A DNA stretch of 64,000 nt from Candidatus Dormiibacterota bacterium. GTDB lineage: Bacteria; Chloroflexota; Dormibacteria; Aeolococcales; Aeolococcaceae. The notes under the pieces were generated by a model. That model did no database searches. It worked only from the letters and a program-made list of their open reading frames with translations, and had not been told where the DNA came from. The position numbers and the translations under genes were made by a program. The stretch covers positions 136,183 to 200,182 of the forward strand of contig CAVPXI010000005.1 in NCBI GenBank assembly GCA_963709585.1. Reading direction: 5' to 3'. Within the stretch, counting starts at the first letter, position 1. Every line of letters starts with the position of its first letter. Below, piece after piece: positions 30,959 to 41,516 of this stretch.

Positions 30959-32485
30959 ATGACCAGACGACCACTGATCACGCTGGCGTTGGCGGGGACG
31001 GCCACGATCGCCAGCGCATCGCTGACCATCGCACCGAGGGTGAGCCTCGCATCGACGGTGAACCACAGCGCGACGACATCGCCGATCAAGCACGTCGTCG
31101 TCCTGTTTCAGGAGAACGTGTCCTTCGACCACTACTTCGGGACCTACCCGAATGCGACCAACACCGACGGACAGCCCTTCACCGCGAAGGCGGGCACGCC
31201 CGCCGTGAACGGGCTGACCCCGGAGCTGCTGACCGCGAATCCGAACGGGGTGAACCCGCAGCGGCTCGGCTCGGCCAACATCCTCACCTGCGACCAGAAT
31301 CACAACTACACCCCGGAGCAGCAGGCGCTGGATGGCGGCTTGATGGACAAGTTCCCGGTGTACACGCAGGTCGAGAGCTGCTCGCCGCCCGACACAGCAC
31401 CTCCCGGCCTGGTTATGGACTACTACGACGGCAACACCGTCACCGCGCTCTGGAACTATGCGCAACACTTCGCGATGAGCGACAACAACTTCGACACGAC
31501 CTTCGGGCCGTCCACACCCGGCGTGCTCAGTCTCGTTTCGGGCCAAACGCACCGTGCGACACCGGCCGTGCTCGCCGGCGTGACCGACAACGGCACCATC
31601 TACGGTGACGCTGACCCGACCTACGACCAGTGCTCGGCAGGCTCAACCGTCGCCATGTCCGGTACCAACATCGGCAACGAGCTGAATGCACGGCAGATCA
31701 CGTGGGGATGGTTCCAGGGCGGGTTCGCTCCGACCGGGCAGAGCAACGGGAAGGTCGTGTGCGGCGCGAGTCACACCAACGTCGGCGGTGCCGCGGTCAC
31801 CGACTACAGCGCGCACCACGATCCATTCCAGTACTACGCCAGCACCGCCAATCCTGCGCACCTCGCGCCGGTCAACGAGGCCGAGATCGGTAACAACGGA
31901 CAGGCGAACCACCAGTACGACCTCAGCTCCTTCTATCAGAGCCTGACCGACGGCAACCTGCCGGCGGTGAGCTTCGTCAAGGCGGCCCGTTATCAGGACG
32001 GCCACGCCGGCTACTCGGATCCGATCGACGAGCAGGCCTACCTGGTCAACACGATCAATGCGATCGAGCAGTCGCGGTTCTGGAAGTCGACCGCGATCAT
32101 CATCGCCTACGACAACTCGGATGGCTGGTACGACCATGTGATGCCGCCGATCGTCAACCCCTCGACCTCTGCCGAGGATGCTTTGTCGGGCACCGGCCAG
32201 TGCGGCAACGGGATCCCGGCCGGCGGGTTCGAGGATCGCTGCGGCTACGGACAGCGCCTGCCGCTGCTCGTGATCTCGCCGTACGCGCGCCAGAACTCCG
32301 TTGACAACGCGATCATCGACACGACCTCGATCCTCAGCTTCATCGAGGACAACTGGTCGCTGCCACGCATCGGTGGCGGGTCATTCGATGCGCTCGCCGG
32401 CAGCATCGACGGCATGTTCAACTTCTCTCACCCAGTCGCGAGTCGGTTGATTCTCAATCCTGCGACGGGAGAACCGGCAGCCTGA
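30959..32485 (+). CDS. Secreted phosphoesterase (phospholipase C/acid phosphatase family)
   Basis: Signal peptide, IKHVVVLFQENVSFDHYFG, DGWYDHV. Confidence 0.92.
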   Translation: MTRRPLITLALAGTATIASASLTIAPRVSLASTVNHSATTSPIKHVVVLFQENVSFDHYFGTYPNATNTDGQPFTAKAGTPAVNGLTPELLTANPNGVNPQRLGSANILTCDQNHNYTPEQQALDGGLMDKFPVYTQVESCSPPDTAPPGLVMDYYDGNTVTALWNYAQHFAMSDNNFDTTFGPSTPGVLSLVSGQTHRATPAVLAGVTDNGTIYGDADPTYDQCSAGSTVAMSGTNIGNELNARQITWGWFQGGFAPTGQSNGKVVCGASHTNVGGAAVTDYSAHHDPFQYYASTANPAHLAPVNEAEIGNNGQANHQYDLSSFYQSLTDGNLPAVSFVKAARYQDGHAGYSDPIDEQAYLVNTINAIEQSRFWKSTAIIIAYDNSDGWYDHVMPPIVNPSTSAEDALSGTGQCGNGIPAGGFEDRCGYGQRLPLLVISPYARQNSVDNAIIDTTSILSFIEDNWSLPRIGGGSFDALAGSIDGMFNFSHPVASRLILNPATGEPAA

Positions 32486-32510
32486 TTCTCGCTGCGATTC
32501 ATCCTCTTCC

Positions 32511-32540
32511 GAGAGCGGGGCGCTCAGGTGCCCCGCTCTC
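32511..32540. terminator. Probable bidirectional terminator hairpin
   Basis: GAGAGCGGGGCGC/GTGCCCCGCTCTC stem between convergent genes. Confidence 0.7.
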
Positions 32541-32541
32541 T

Positions 32542-33617
32542 CTAGCCGAGCGGTACCCAAGCGACGCCGTCCCAGTACCAGACCTGAACCGGCTGCGGCG
32601 ACCCCTCCGTCGGAGACACAGCCGAACCGAAGATCAATATCTGATCACGGTCAACATCTTCAATCTCCGCCGCGATCGTGTCCGGCGGGGCCGCGCCCGG
32701 ACTTCGGTATCCAGTCTCTGCCGGTCCACTGCCAGACCTCGGACTGCACGGCGAACGCACTCGAGTAGGTTTTTGCGCCGACCAGCACCAGGCCGCCGGA
32801 TTGAGGGTCCAGCGCCAGGCCGGCGATGGCGGGTCCGCCGCTGATGACGGTTCGCCAGGCTGTCCCGCTCCAGCGCAGCGTCGATGTGTGCGCACCGTCG
32901 GGCGGTTCGGGGTTGACCAGAAGCAGCGAGCGCGAAATGGGGTCGTACGACATTGCACCGCCGAACGGCGCGAGCGTCAGATCGCCGCCACCGGCACGCG
33001 TCCAATGGCTCGAAGCCCAGGTCCAGGTCTCACCACCTCCAGTCACCGGTGAAGGGGCAACCAGAACCATCTCGGCTCGGCTGTCGTCCCACGCCATCTG
33101 CGCGCCCTCGCCCGGTGGTGGCCCGTCCAGCCCGGTATCGAGCTCGCGCCAGGTGGTCCCGTCCCATCCCCACGTGTCGTCTTCGACGATGCCCTGTCCA
33201 GAGTCTCCCTCCGAACAGCATGACCATGCGGCTCGCGGGGTCATATGCGATCGCGGCGCCGAATCGACCTGGGGGGCTGGTACGCGGCTTGGCCAATGTC
33301 CATCGCAGGCCGTTCCAGAGCCACGTGGTGTCGTAGCTGTCGACCCCGCCGAAGACGACGACCTGATGGGTCGCCGGATCGTCCGCGACACTGAACCCGA
33401 ACCCAAGGACCGGGCCGCGTGGAACGGGCGTCGGAGCGCTTGTCGGGAATACGAACGGCGTCGAAGATGGCGTCGGTCCTGGCGGCGACGTGGTGGGCGG
33501 GCGCTGCAAGAGGGCCACGGCCACCCCGGCAGCAGCGGTGGCCGCGATCAGCGCCACAAGGATCGCCACCGTCATCCATTTGCTTCTGGGTGCCTGCCCG
33601 GCCGGCTCGCCTCCCAT
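32542..33617 (-). CDS. Membrane-anchored Kelch-like beta-propeller protein (two apparent frameshifts, about 32702 and 33200)
   Basis: Repeats of YDP..LFGG...TW.WDG.W spread over three ORF pieces. Confidence 0.75.
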
Positions 33618-33787
33618 AACTCGCAGGATGATGCGCGTGGCAGGTGCGGAACGGGTGACAACCAGCTGGCGTCACCCGCGATGAGTTTCCGCGCCGTTTG
33701 AAGTCTTATTACTTGATTGACCACGGTAGCTAGCGGTCGGCGGTACAACTGTCCCGCCGGGAGCGAAACTCGAATGGAGGAGCCGAG

Positions 33788-34525
33788 ATGCCCGAGCACA
33801 AGATTGGAACCCGCGAGGAATGGCAGGCAGCACGGGACGAGCTCGCCAAGCTCGAGGCCGAGCAGGCGGAGCGCAACGAGGAGATCAAGCGGAAGCGTCT
33901 CGATCTCCCGTGGGTTCCGGTCGAGAAGGAGTATGTGTTCGACAGCGACGACGGCAAGAAGACGCTTGCCCAACTCTTCGACGGCCGCTCGCAGCTCCTC
34001 GCCTACAACATCATGTTCGGCCCTGACTACACGGTCGGTGCCTGCCCAGGCTGCACGAGCCTCGCGGACGGGCTCGACGGCTCGCTCGTCCACCTGAACC
34101 ACCGCGACGTGACAATGATCTGCTTCTCGCGGGCGCCGATCGAGCGGCTGACCGCCTACAAGCACCGGATGGGCTGGCAGTTCCCCTACGTCTCCACCTA
34201 CGACACCGAGTTTCCCTTCGACTTCGGCCTTGCGATAACCGAGCAACAGGCACAGCAAACTCCCGAGATCACGGAGATACTCGACAACCCACCGGACTTT
34301 CTCCAGGAATGGTCACGCCAAATCGGTGCTGAGCTCAAGGACGGCCTGCGCGAGAGCCCCGGCTGGATCGCCTTCGCGCGCGAGAACGGGACTGTCTACC
34401 ACACCTACACGGTGACGGCACCCGACCCGTTCGTCGCGCCGTACTTCGGCTTCCTGCTCGACCGAACGCCGAAGCCGCAACCTGCCGAGCCCCGCGGGTG
34501 GCGCAAGGACGAGTACCCGGACTGA
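33788..34525 (+). CDS. DUF899 family thioredoxin-like protein
   Basis: EW..AR..L, LPWVPV.KEY, LFDGRSQL, CPGC. Confidence 0.9.
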   Translation: MPEHKIGTREEWQAARDELAKLEAEQAERNEEIKRKRLDLPWVPVEKEYVFDSDDGKKTLAQLFDGRSQLLAYNIMFGPDYTVGACPGCTSLADGLDGSLVHLNHRDVTMICFSRAPIERLTAYKHRMGWQFPYVSTYDTEFPFDFGLAITEQQAQQTPEITEILDNPPDFLQEWSRQIGAELKDGLRESPGWIAFARENGTVYHTYTVTAPDPFVAPYFGFLLDRTPKPQPAEPRGWRKDEYPD

Positions 34526-34620
34526 GTCAACGCGGGTACTCAAGACGCCGCCGCCGCCGTCGGTACGCTACTGACGCGCCGGCTTGAAGTAGTCGTTGGA
34601 ACACCGTAAAAGGCTCAGCC

Positions 34621-34950
34621 ATGAACTTGACGCTTGAAGTTGTTCCCGTGCCTGTTAGTGACACGGACTGGGCGATAGACTTTTACAAGAGGCTGGGTTT
34701 CAACGTTGACATGGATCAGCGCATGAGTGATGAGCTGCCCTTTGTGCAACTCACACCGCCGGGCTCCGGCTGTTCCATACACATTGGCGAAGGCACTTCA
34801 ACCATGCAACCGGGCACCATCAAGGGACTGATCCTAATGGTGGAGAGCGCCGCAGCAGCCAAGGCGGAGTTGGACAGGCGTGGCATGGAGACGAGCGATG
34901 TCGAATCCCAGCCGTGGGGCAAGCATGCGAGGAGCCGGAGTGCACGCTGA
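34621..34950 (+). pseudogene. VOC/glyoxalase family protein, C-terminally truncated
   Basis: PVSD.D.A..FY, VQLTPPGSGCSI; lacks the terminal DPDGN motif; AT-richer codons. Confidence 0.65.
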
Positions 34951-35011
34951 GCCGTAGTTCTCGAGTTTGGGTGACGACCTGAAATCTCGCCTGAACCGCG
35001 GAGTGCCTTCC

Positions 35012-36220
35012 TCAGGGTGGCGGCTCCACGACGGCAATTCCGTCTGCGATGTGGATGCGCCAACGCTGCTCATGCACCGCGCGGTGGTGCGGCCGGCACA
35101 AGGAGACCAGGTTATCGAGCTCGGTGGGACCGTCCGGCCAGTGGATGATGTGGTGGCCATCGGTCCACGCGGGCGGGCGGTCGCACCCCGGAAAACGGCA
35201 GCCCTGGTCGCGGAGGTTCAGCGCGGTGCGGATGTGCGCCGGGATCGTGCGCGTGGCCCGGCCGACCGAGAGCGGCTTCACACTCGTGCTCCTTGCCGTC
35301 CACGACGAACCGGCAGCACGCGGCGCAACTGTCACCACCGTCCGCACCGCGTCGCAGGCGAGGCGGCGCGCGGTCTCGGGATGGATCGGACCCACGCCGC
35401 TCAATGCGGCTGGCTCTGCATCGACGCCAGAGCGCAGGGTTTCGGCGCTGACCGTGACCGTGAGATGCGGCCGCTGCCCGTGCACGTCGCGGTGGTCACC
35501 ACAGCGCAGCTGCGTGGCGGCAAGATCGACCAACGCGTCGGCACGGCGCTGCGACGCCAACCGCGTTTCTCCACAACTCATCCCGTGACTGAGCGCATCG
35601 ATCGCGGTCTTCACCAGGGCGCCGCCTTCAGCGTCGAGCTCACCACGGAGGACGAACACGCCCCCATAGGTCTGCTCGCACTCGAACCAGCGACGCTCGT
35701 GGGCGCGGTTGTCATCGGCGAGGACGCCATCGGGGTCGATCCGCAGCCGAGTCGCCTGGGTGAGGGTGCGCATGGCACCAGGCCCGAGCGTCTCGGCCGC
35801 TCCGACTAGGATGGTCTCGAGCGGCGCCACCTGCTCGACGCCGACATCCTCGGCGAGGTGGGCGATCATGGTCACGTTGCTGAAGGAGGCGCGACCGGCA
35901 CGGGCACTGTCGAGCGTGGCCGGCAGATCGCCGAGCGTCCGCGCCAGGTGGACACGGTAGGCGGCCGCCTTGGCTGTCATGCCGCAGCGTCGCAGCCAGG
36001 ACACCGTGCTCCCTCCGCCGTCGGCCTGTGCTCCGCGAGCGCAATGGAAGCGATGCAAACGGCGGATGAACTCGGCTTCGAGCCGATCGATCGACCGCCG
36101 GATGTCGATCAGATCCTCGGCCAGAGCGTGTGTCGAGGTATCGTCGATGAACTCGTCGACGAGCGTATCGACAGCCTCATCCAGACGCTCTCGCGCATCC
36201 GGTAGCGCGAACGCTTCCAT
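35012..36220 (-). CDS. DUF222 + HNH endonuclease (13E12-repeat family)
   Basis: QRRADAL, RRLACDA, RDQGCRFPGC...HH..HW..GPT.LDNL..LC..HH. Confidence 0.92.
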   Translation of the reverse strand: MEAFALPDARERLDEAVDTLVDEFIDDTSTHALAEDLIDIRRSIDRLEAEFIRRLHRFHCARGAQADGGGSTVSWLRRCGMTAKAAAYRVHLARTLGDLPATLDSARAGRASFSNVTMIAHLAEDVGVEQVAPLETILVGAAETLGPGAMRTLTQATRLRIDPDGVLADDNRAHERRWFECEQTYGGVFVLRGELDAEGGALVKTAIDALSHGMSCGETRLASQRRADALVDLAATQLRCGDHRDVHGQRPHLTVTVSAETLRSGVDAEPAALSGVGPIHPETARRLACDAVRTVVTVAPRAAGSSWTARSTSVKPLSVGRATRTIPAHIRTALNLRDQGCRFPGCDRPPAWTDGHHIIHWPDGPTELDNLVSLCRPHHRAVHEQRWRIHIADGIAVVEPPP

Positions 36221-36226
36221 TGGCAC

Positions 36227-36256
36227 ATTGTACCAAACATCCGTTCGCCACAGCAA
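36227..36256 (-). promoter_or_regulatory. Promoter with LexA box for the DUF222-HNH gene
   Basis: Minus strand TTGCTG-18 nt-TACAAT-6 nt-ATG, with CGAAC-GGAT-GTTTG in the spacer. Confidence 0.7.
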
Positions 36257-37033
36257 CGCGCAATGTGGTCCCGATATAGGTTATAGCCATGTCCGGCATT
36301 AACCGTCGGCACGCGGCCAGCCGATGCCAAAGCCGGGATCCTTCAGCTGCGCCGCGACTTGGAGGACAGCGACCCCATAACCCGCCTTTATCAGCAACGC
36401 AGCGCGGCCAGCGCATCGAGGACGGCGACGGCTGATGGCCGAGGGTGTCCGGGGCCGGGCTAAGACCCTTCCGTCCCCACGTGATTGTCAAGTGACTCTG
36501 ATACGGGCGTATGACTATCCCGAATACGATCGGCAATGCCGGCGGCGATGCGGACTGGACCGCCTCGTGCTACGGCTGAATCCAGCCTGGCACCCGCGTT
36601 CACCGCGGTTAGCTGCGCCCTTACCTGGTGACGCTGGCGCGCCGAGTCGGATCAGGAGCATTGCGGCGCAGGCAGGACGCCATTTGAACTTTCTGGCCGA
36701 ACTCGAACCGCACTTTCGTTACGCGCCCAAGCCGCTCGCGTCGACCTGCTACTGCATCAGTACTTTGGGCGCTGCGCCTCACCAGCCGGCAACGTCCGGC
36801 CATACTGCACCCGTGGCGAAGGTCACGATCCCCATTGCCCGACGATCTTATCGAGGCGGTAGTGTGGAGGCCGGGCGCCGCGGGACGTCCGCAAGCGGGC
36901 TGCTTCGGACTATTGCTGATGAGACCCTGTACGCACAAAGCGCCCGTCGCGATACCGTGGCGCGGTCTGATGCGATCTCCCGGCTCTCAGGGCTTCGGTC
37001 GACAGCAATCGCTACCGTCACCGCCCAGAGGCC

Positions 37034-40000
37034 ATGAGCTGTCGCAAGTGCGGCCACGCCGTGACCTCCGCGGCGAAGTTCTGCGACAACTGCGGCTCAG
37101 CCCTCCCCATCTCGTGCCCACGTTGCGGTGCGGAGGTGGTGGCGGCGGCGAAGTTCTGCGGCCAGTGTGGCGCGCCGCTGACACCAGCCCGGCGCGAGAC
37201 GCCTGAGCACCTGGTCGCCGAGCCACCCCCCTCAGGGGCGTCCTTGGAGGGCGAGCACAAGCAGATCACGGTGCTGTTCGCCGACGTCGTGGGATCGATG
37301 GACCTGCAGGAGCATCTGGGTGACGAGGCCTGGCACTCCATTATCGACCGCTTCACCAAGATCCTGAGCGAGGCCGTCCACCGCTTCGAGGGCACCGTCC
37401 ATCAGTTCACCGGAGATGGCGTGATGGCCTTCTTTGGGGCGCCGGTCGCCCACGAGGACCACGCCCGGCGCGCCTGCTATTGCGCACTCCAGATGGTGGA
37501 GGCGATCCGCCGCTATGCCGAGGAGCTGAAGCGCACCGAGGGCCTCGGCTTCCACGTCCGCATCGGCATCAATTCCGGCGAGGTCGTGGTGGCGACGATT
37601 GGCAATGACGCGCACATGGAGTACACCGCGGTCGGCCACGCGGTCGGGCTGGCCAAGAGGATGGAGAGCCTGGCCGAGCCCGGCCACCCATATTTGACCT
37701 CGCATACTGCCAGACTGGTCGAAGGCTTCCTCCAGCTGAAGAGCCTAGGCGAGTTCAGCGTAAAGGGCGTCGACCGTGCGGTCACTGTCTTCGAGCTTTT
37801 GGGAGTCGGTCCGCTGCGCACGCCGATCCAGGTGTCGCAGGGGCGCGGTTTCTCCACGTTCGTCGGGCGTGACAGGGAGACGGCCATCCTGGAGGACGCC
37901 CTCGTGCAGGCTTCCCAGGGGCAGGCCCAAGTGATCGGGGTGGCGGGGGAGCCCGGGGTCGGCAAGAGCGGGCTCTGCGCCGAGTTCGCCGCCCAATGCA
38001 GTGCCAAACGGCTAACCGTTTTCCGCGCCCACGGCGTCTCCCACGGCATGGCGATCCCCTTCCTGCCCATTCTGGAGCTGCTTCGCGACTATTTCGGCAT
38101 CTTGGACAACAACTCGCCTGGCAAGGCGCGCGAGAAGATCGCCGGCCAGCTGCTCAGCATGGACGCGACACTCTTGGATGGACTGCCGCTCTTCTTCGAC
38201 TTCCTGGAGGTCGCCGACCCGGACCGACCACCCCCCGCACTGCAGCGCGAGGCCCGCATGCGGCGGCTCTTCGATTTCATCCGCAGGGTGATTGAGCGCC
38301 GGAGCGCGAGCGAGGGGCTGACCGTATTCCTGTTGGAGGACCTGCACTGGTTCGACCCCGCGAGCTCCGAGTTCTTGGAGCAGCTGATCGAATCGTGGGC
38401 CGGCTCGCGCTCCCTGGTGCTGACCAACTTCCGGCCTGGCTTCAGTGCCTCCTGGACTCGGCACTCCTACTACCGGCAGATACCGCTGGCGCCCCTCAGC
38501 CCCGAGGCGGTGAAGCAGATGCTCCAGGAAGCGCTCGGTCTTGATGGTTCCTTGGGTGGGTTGCACGATTTCATCCTCGATCGCACCCGCGGCAACCCCT
38601 TCTTCGTCGAGGAGACAGTTCGCTCACTGATCGAGCAGGGGACGCTGGAGGGCGACCGTGGTGGCTACCGGCTGGTAACCGAGCTCTCTGAACTTGCGGT
38701 GCCGGCCACGGTGCAGGCTCTGCTGTCAGCCCGGATCGACCGCGTAGAGGCGCGCGAAAAGTCGCTGCTGCAGAAGGCCTCCGTCATCGGCCGCATATTC
38801 ACAGAGCCCGTGCTTGGCTTGGTCACCGAACTCTCTAATGAGGAACTGTCCGCATCGCTCCACAGTCTGTGCTCGGCTGAGTTCCTGCAGCAGCAGTCGC
38901 TATACCCCGTTGCCGAATACCGATTCTGGCACCCGCTCACCCAAGAAGTCGCCTACGGCTCGCTCTTGAGGGAAAACCGAGCACGCATCCATGCGGCCGT
39001 GGCCAAAGCAGTCGCCGAGCTTGAGCCCGAAAGCCTGGATGAGCACGCGGCGCTTTTGGCTCAGCACTGGGAGGCTGCCGGCGAGCCGCTGGAGGCCGCT
39101 CGCTGGCACCTCCGCGCCGCCATCCACTACGGCTGGCGGGACGTGCATGAGCAGAAGCGTCATCTCAGCGCGATAATCGGGCTCCTCGCCAAAGTAATAG
39201 AGTCCGACGAGAGCTTCGATCTCGGCTGGACCGCCCGTTTCCGGCTAATGCGTATCGCCGTCCGCCTCGGCGCCGAGCAGGGGGAAGTGGATCGGCTCGG
39301 GGACGAAGCGCGCGACCTCGCGGAGCGCCGCGGGGACCAACTGAGGGTTGCGCTGACGTACTACGCAAAGGGCTTTGCCGAGTTGGGAGCAGGCCAGCTC
39401 GATAGGGCACTGGCCGACGTTCGGGCTGGGATTGACATCGGTGCGCAGATCGCCCGGAAAGAAGTCGCCCTGACTTCGCGTCGTAGTCGGTTTCATCTTG
39501 GCCTCGAGAGGTCCGCTGCCAGAAGCTCTGCCAGAGTTCGAACTTGCGGTGAAAGCCTCCGAGGGCGATGTCGACTTCGGCCTCCGATTGTTCGGCATCA
39601 GCATGGTGAGATACAGGTGGTTCTTTCGGTCCTTGGTGATGTGGCGTATGGGACGCCTCGTCGATGCGGCTGCCGACGCCGAGCGGGCGTTGGAATTCGG
39701 CCGGCAAAGCCGCGAGCCTGAGATGGTGTTGTTTGGCAAATCCGTTCACCTCATGGTGAGCTTCGTACGAGGTGAGGGTAAGGAGGGCGTGTCAGAAGCT
39801 CGCCAGACGGCGCGGACAGCGAACGAAACGAGCCCGATTTCAGCCGTTTACACCCACTGGGCCCTGGGAGCGATCTGTCTCGACGCCGAGCTCTACCTGG
39901 AGGCTCAGGATGCCCTCGGCGATGGATTGCAGTTAGCCCGAAGACATTCCGTCGGCCTCATGGAGGAGGCCACTCTGCTGGCCTTTCTCGCGGACGTTCA

Positions 40001-40376
40001 CCGGGCGATGGGCGATGCGGCAGCCGCGGCCGAAACCGCCCAGGAGGCAGTCGAGGTCGCCTGCAAGCAGAACGCCCGTGTTCACGAGTGTCGTGCTCTG
40101 ATCAGCCGCGCGGCGGCGCGGCGCGCGCTTAGCGGACTGGATGCACGTGACACGATCCTGGCCGACCTCGATCACGCGGATGCCCTGATTGCAGAGGTGG
40201 GCGCCCATGTCTGGTCGCCATTCGTGCACGTCGAGCGGGCCGAACTCGCCCAGCTCGACGGCGACAGGGAGGCCCGCATCGGTGAGCTAAAAGAGGCTCT
40301 CAGTTTGTTTCAGGAGATGGGGGCTTCCGGTCGGGCTGCGCGTATAGAGCAGGCGATATCGGCCACGGCTGTTTAG
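37034..40376 (+). CDS. Double zinc ribbon + class III adenylate/guanylate cyclase + AAA (STAND-type) + TPR protein (apparent frameshift at about 39474)
   Basis: CxxC repeats, VLFADVVGS, GDGVMA, GEPGVGKS, LEDLHW, GNPFF; joins 39498..40376 after removing one T. Confidence 0.88.
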
Positions 40377-40451
40377 CGGGAGATGGCTTTGCCCCGCTGT
40401 CAGGGAACGATCGAGAAACTGCCGCCCTGCAGGGCTTCTGGCGCGCGCCGC

Positions 40452-41201
40452 TCAAGCCCCGGGGACCTTCTCCTTGAGAAAGCGGTCGATGCGTTCGGCG
40501 ACCCGCTCCCAGGCCGGCTCCAGCATGAGGTCGTGCGACTGCCCGGCGAATTGCTCCACCTCCGCTCCGTAAGCCTTCGCGGTCGCCTCCACGTCCTTGC
40601 GAGGGATGAGCCAGTCCAGCTCGGCTCCCACAGCGAGGATGGGTGTGCGGCGCACCTTCTCGCGGTCCGGGCGCACGAAGAAGAGCATTTCAAGGTAGGC
40701 CAGGTAGGCATCGTCGGTCATCATCGCCTGGTAGCGGGCGACCTCCTCCTCGGGGAGGCCGGGTCCGAAGAGCACCTCGCGCGCCCGCGCGGGCGTGCTC
40801 ACGAGCCTGTAGGAACTCCAGGTCAGGTTGACAGCGAGAAGGCGTAGCGGATGGCGGGCGGCGATTGCCAGTGTCGCCTGCAGGGCGCCGGTCGGGGGGA
40901 TGGAGGCGACCAGCACCGCAGCCGGGGCCGGATGCTCCTCCAAGTACTTCTGCGTTATGAAGCCGCCCATGGAGTGGCCGACCACCACCGGCGGCCTGGG
41001 CATCTCCGCCGCGGCGGCAGCCACGTCGGCGACATAGTCGCGGATCCGCGTCAGCCGCAGGCCGGGCGCGTGACGCTGATCGTGACGGCGGAGCGTGAGG
41101 GCGCGGGCGTCGTAGCCATGGTCGCGGAACCAGGGCAGGAAGCGCTCTTCCCAGCACCAGGCGCCATGCCAGGTTCCGTGCACGAATAGGACTGGCTGCA
41201 A
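40452..41201 (-). CDS. Alpha/beta hydrolase
   Basis: HGTWHGAWCW, GHSMGG, SHDLML. Confidence 0.9.
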   Translation of the reverse strand: MQPVLFVHGTWHGAWCWEERFLPWFRDHGYDARALTLRRHDQRHAPGLRLTRIRDYVADVAAAAAEMPRPPVVVGHSMGGFITQKYLEEHPAPAAVLVASIPPTGALQATLAIAARHPLRLLAVNLTWSSYRLVSTPARAREVLFGPGLPEEEVARYQAMMTDDAYLAYLEMLFFVRPDREKVRRTPILAVGAELDWLIPRKDVEATAKAYGAEVEQFAGQSHDLMLEPAWERVAERIDRFLKEKVPGA

Positions 41202-41293
41202 CGTGGCAGCAATATAGCGCAGCGGGCTCGTCGCATCACAAACGCTCGAGGGGAATGAGAGAGCGGCCGCCGGAGACGGCGAGCTCGGGTCTG

Positions 41294-41317
41294 CGTTGGG
41301 GTCAACGTTGGGTCAAA
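41294..41317. repeat. Tandem (C)GTTGGG(G)TCAA repeat, integrase arm-site-like
   Basis: CGTTGGGGTCAA CGTTGGGTCAAA about 60 nt past the tRNA 3' end. Confidence 0.45.
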
Positions 41318-41376
41318 CACCAAACGCGTCACCAAGTTGAAACGCGAATCACCAGCGATTCGAATTCAAAACGGGG

Positions 41377-41450
41377 TGGGCGGGCCAGGATTCGAACCTG
41401 GGACCGTGGGGTTATGAGCCCCCTGCTCTAACCGGCTGAGCTACCCGCCC
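41377..41450 (-). tRNA. tRNA with CAT anticodon, most likely tRNA-Ile2 (elongator Met not excluded); CCA not encoded
   Basis: GGGCGGGTAGCTCAGCCGGTTAGAGCAGGGGGCTCATAACCCCACGGTCCCAGGTTCGAATCCTGGCCCGCCCA folds to a cloverleaf. Confidence 0.93.
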
Positions 41451-41516
41451 CGGCGCAAACTGTAGCCCGCGGACGCCCGACGGCACGAACGTGCCGATCT
41501 CGGCCAATATGGAGCC

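Noticed and set aside
33492-33502. 11-bp match (GGTGGGCGGGC) to the tRNA 3' end as a second att site
   Set aside because: Short, GC-rich and inside the Kelch-like coding sequence; likely chance.
36916-37006. Hammerhead ribozyme (CTGATGA-GACC...GGTC-GACA)
   Set aside because: GACA replaces the invariant GAAA and stems I/III do not form convincingly.
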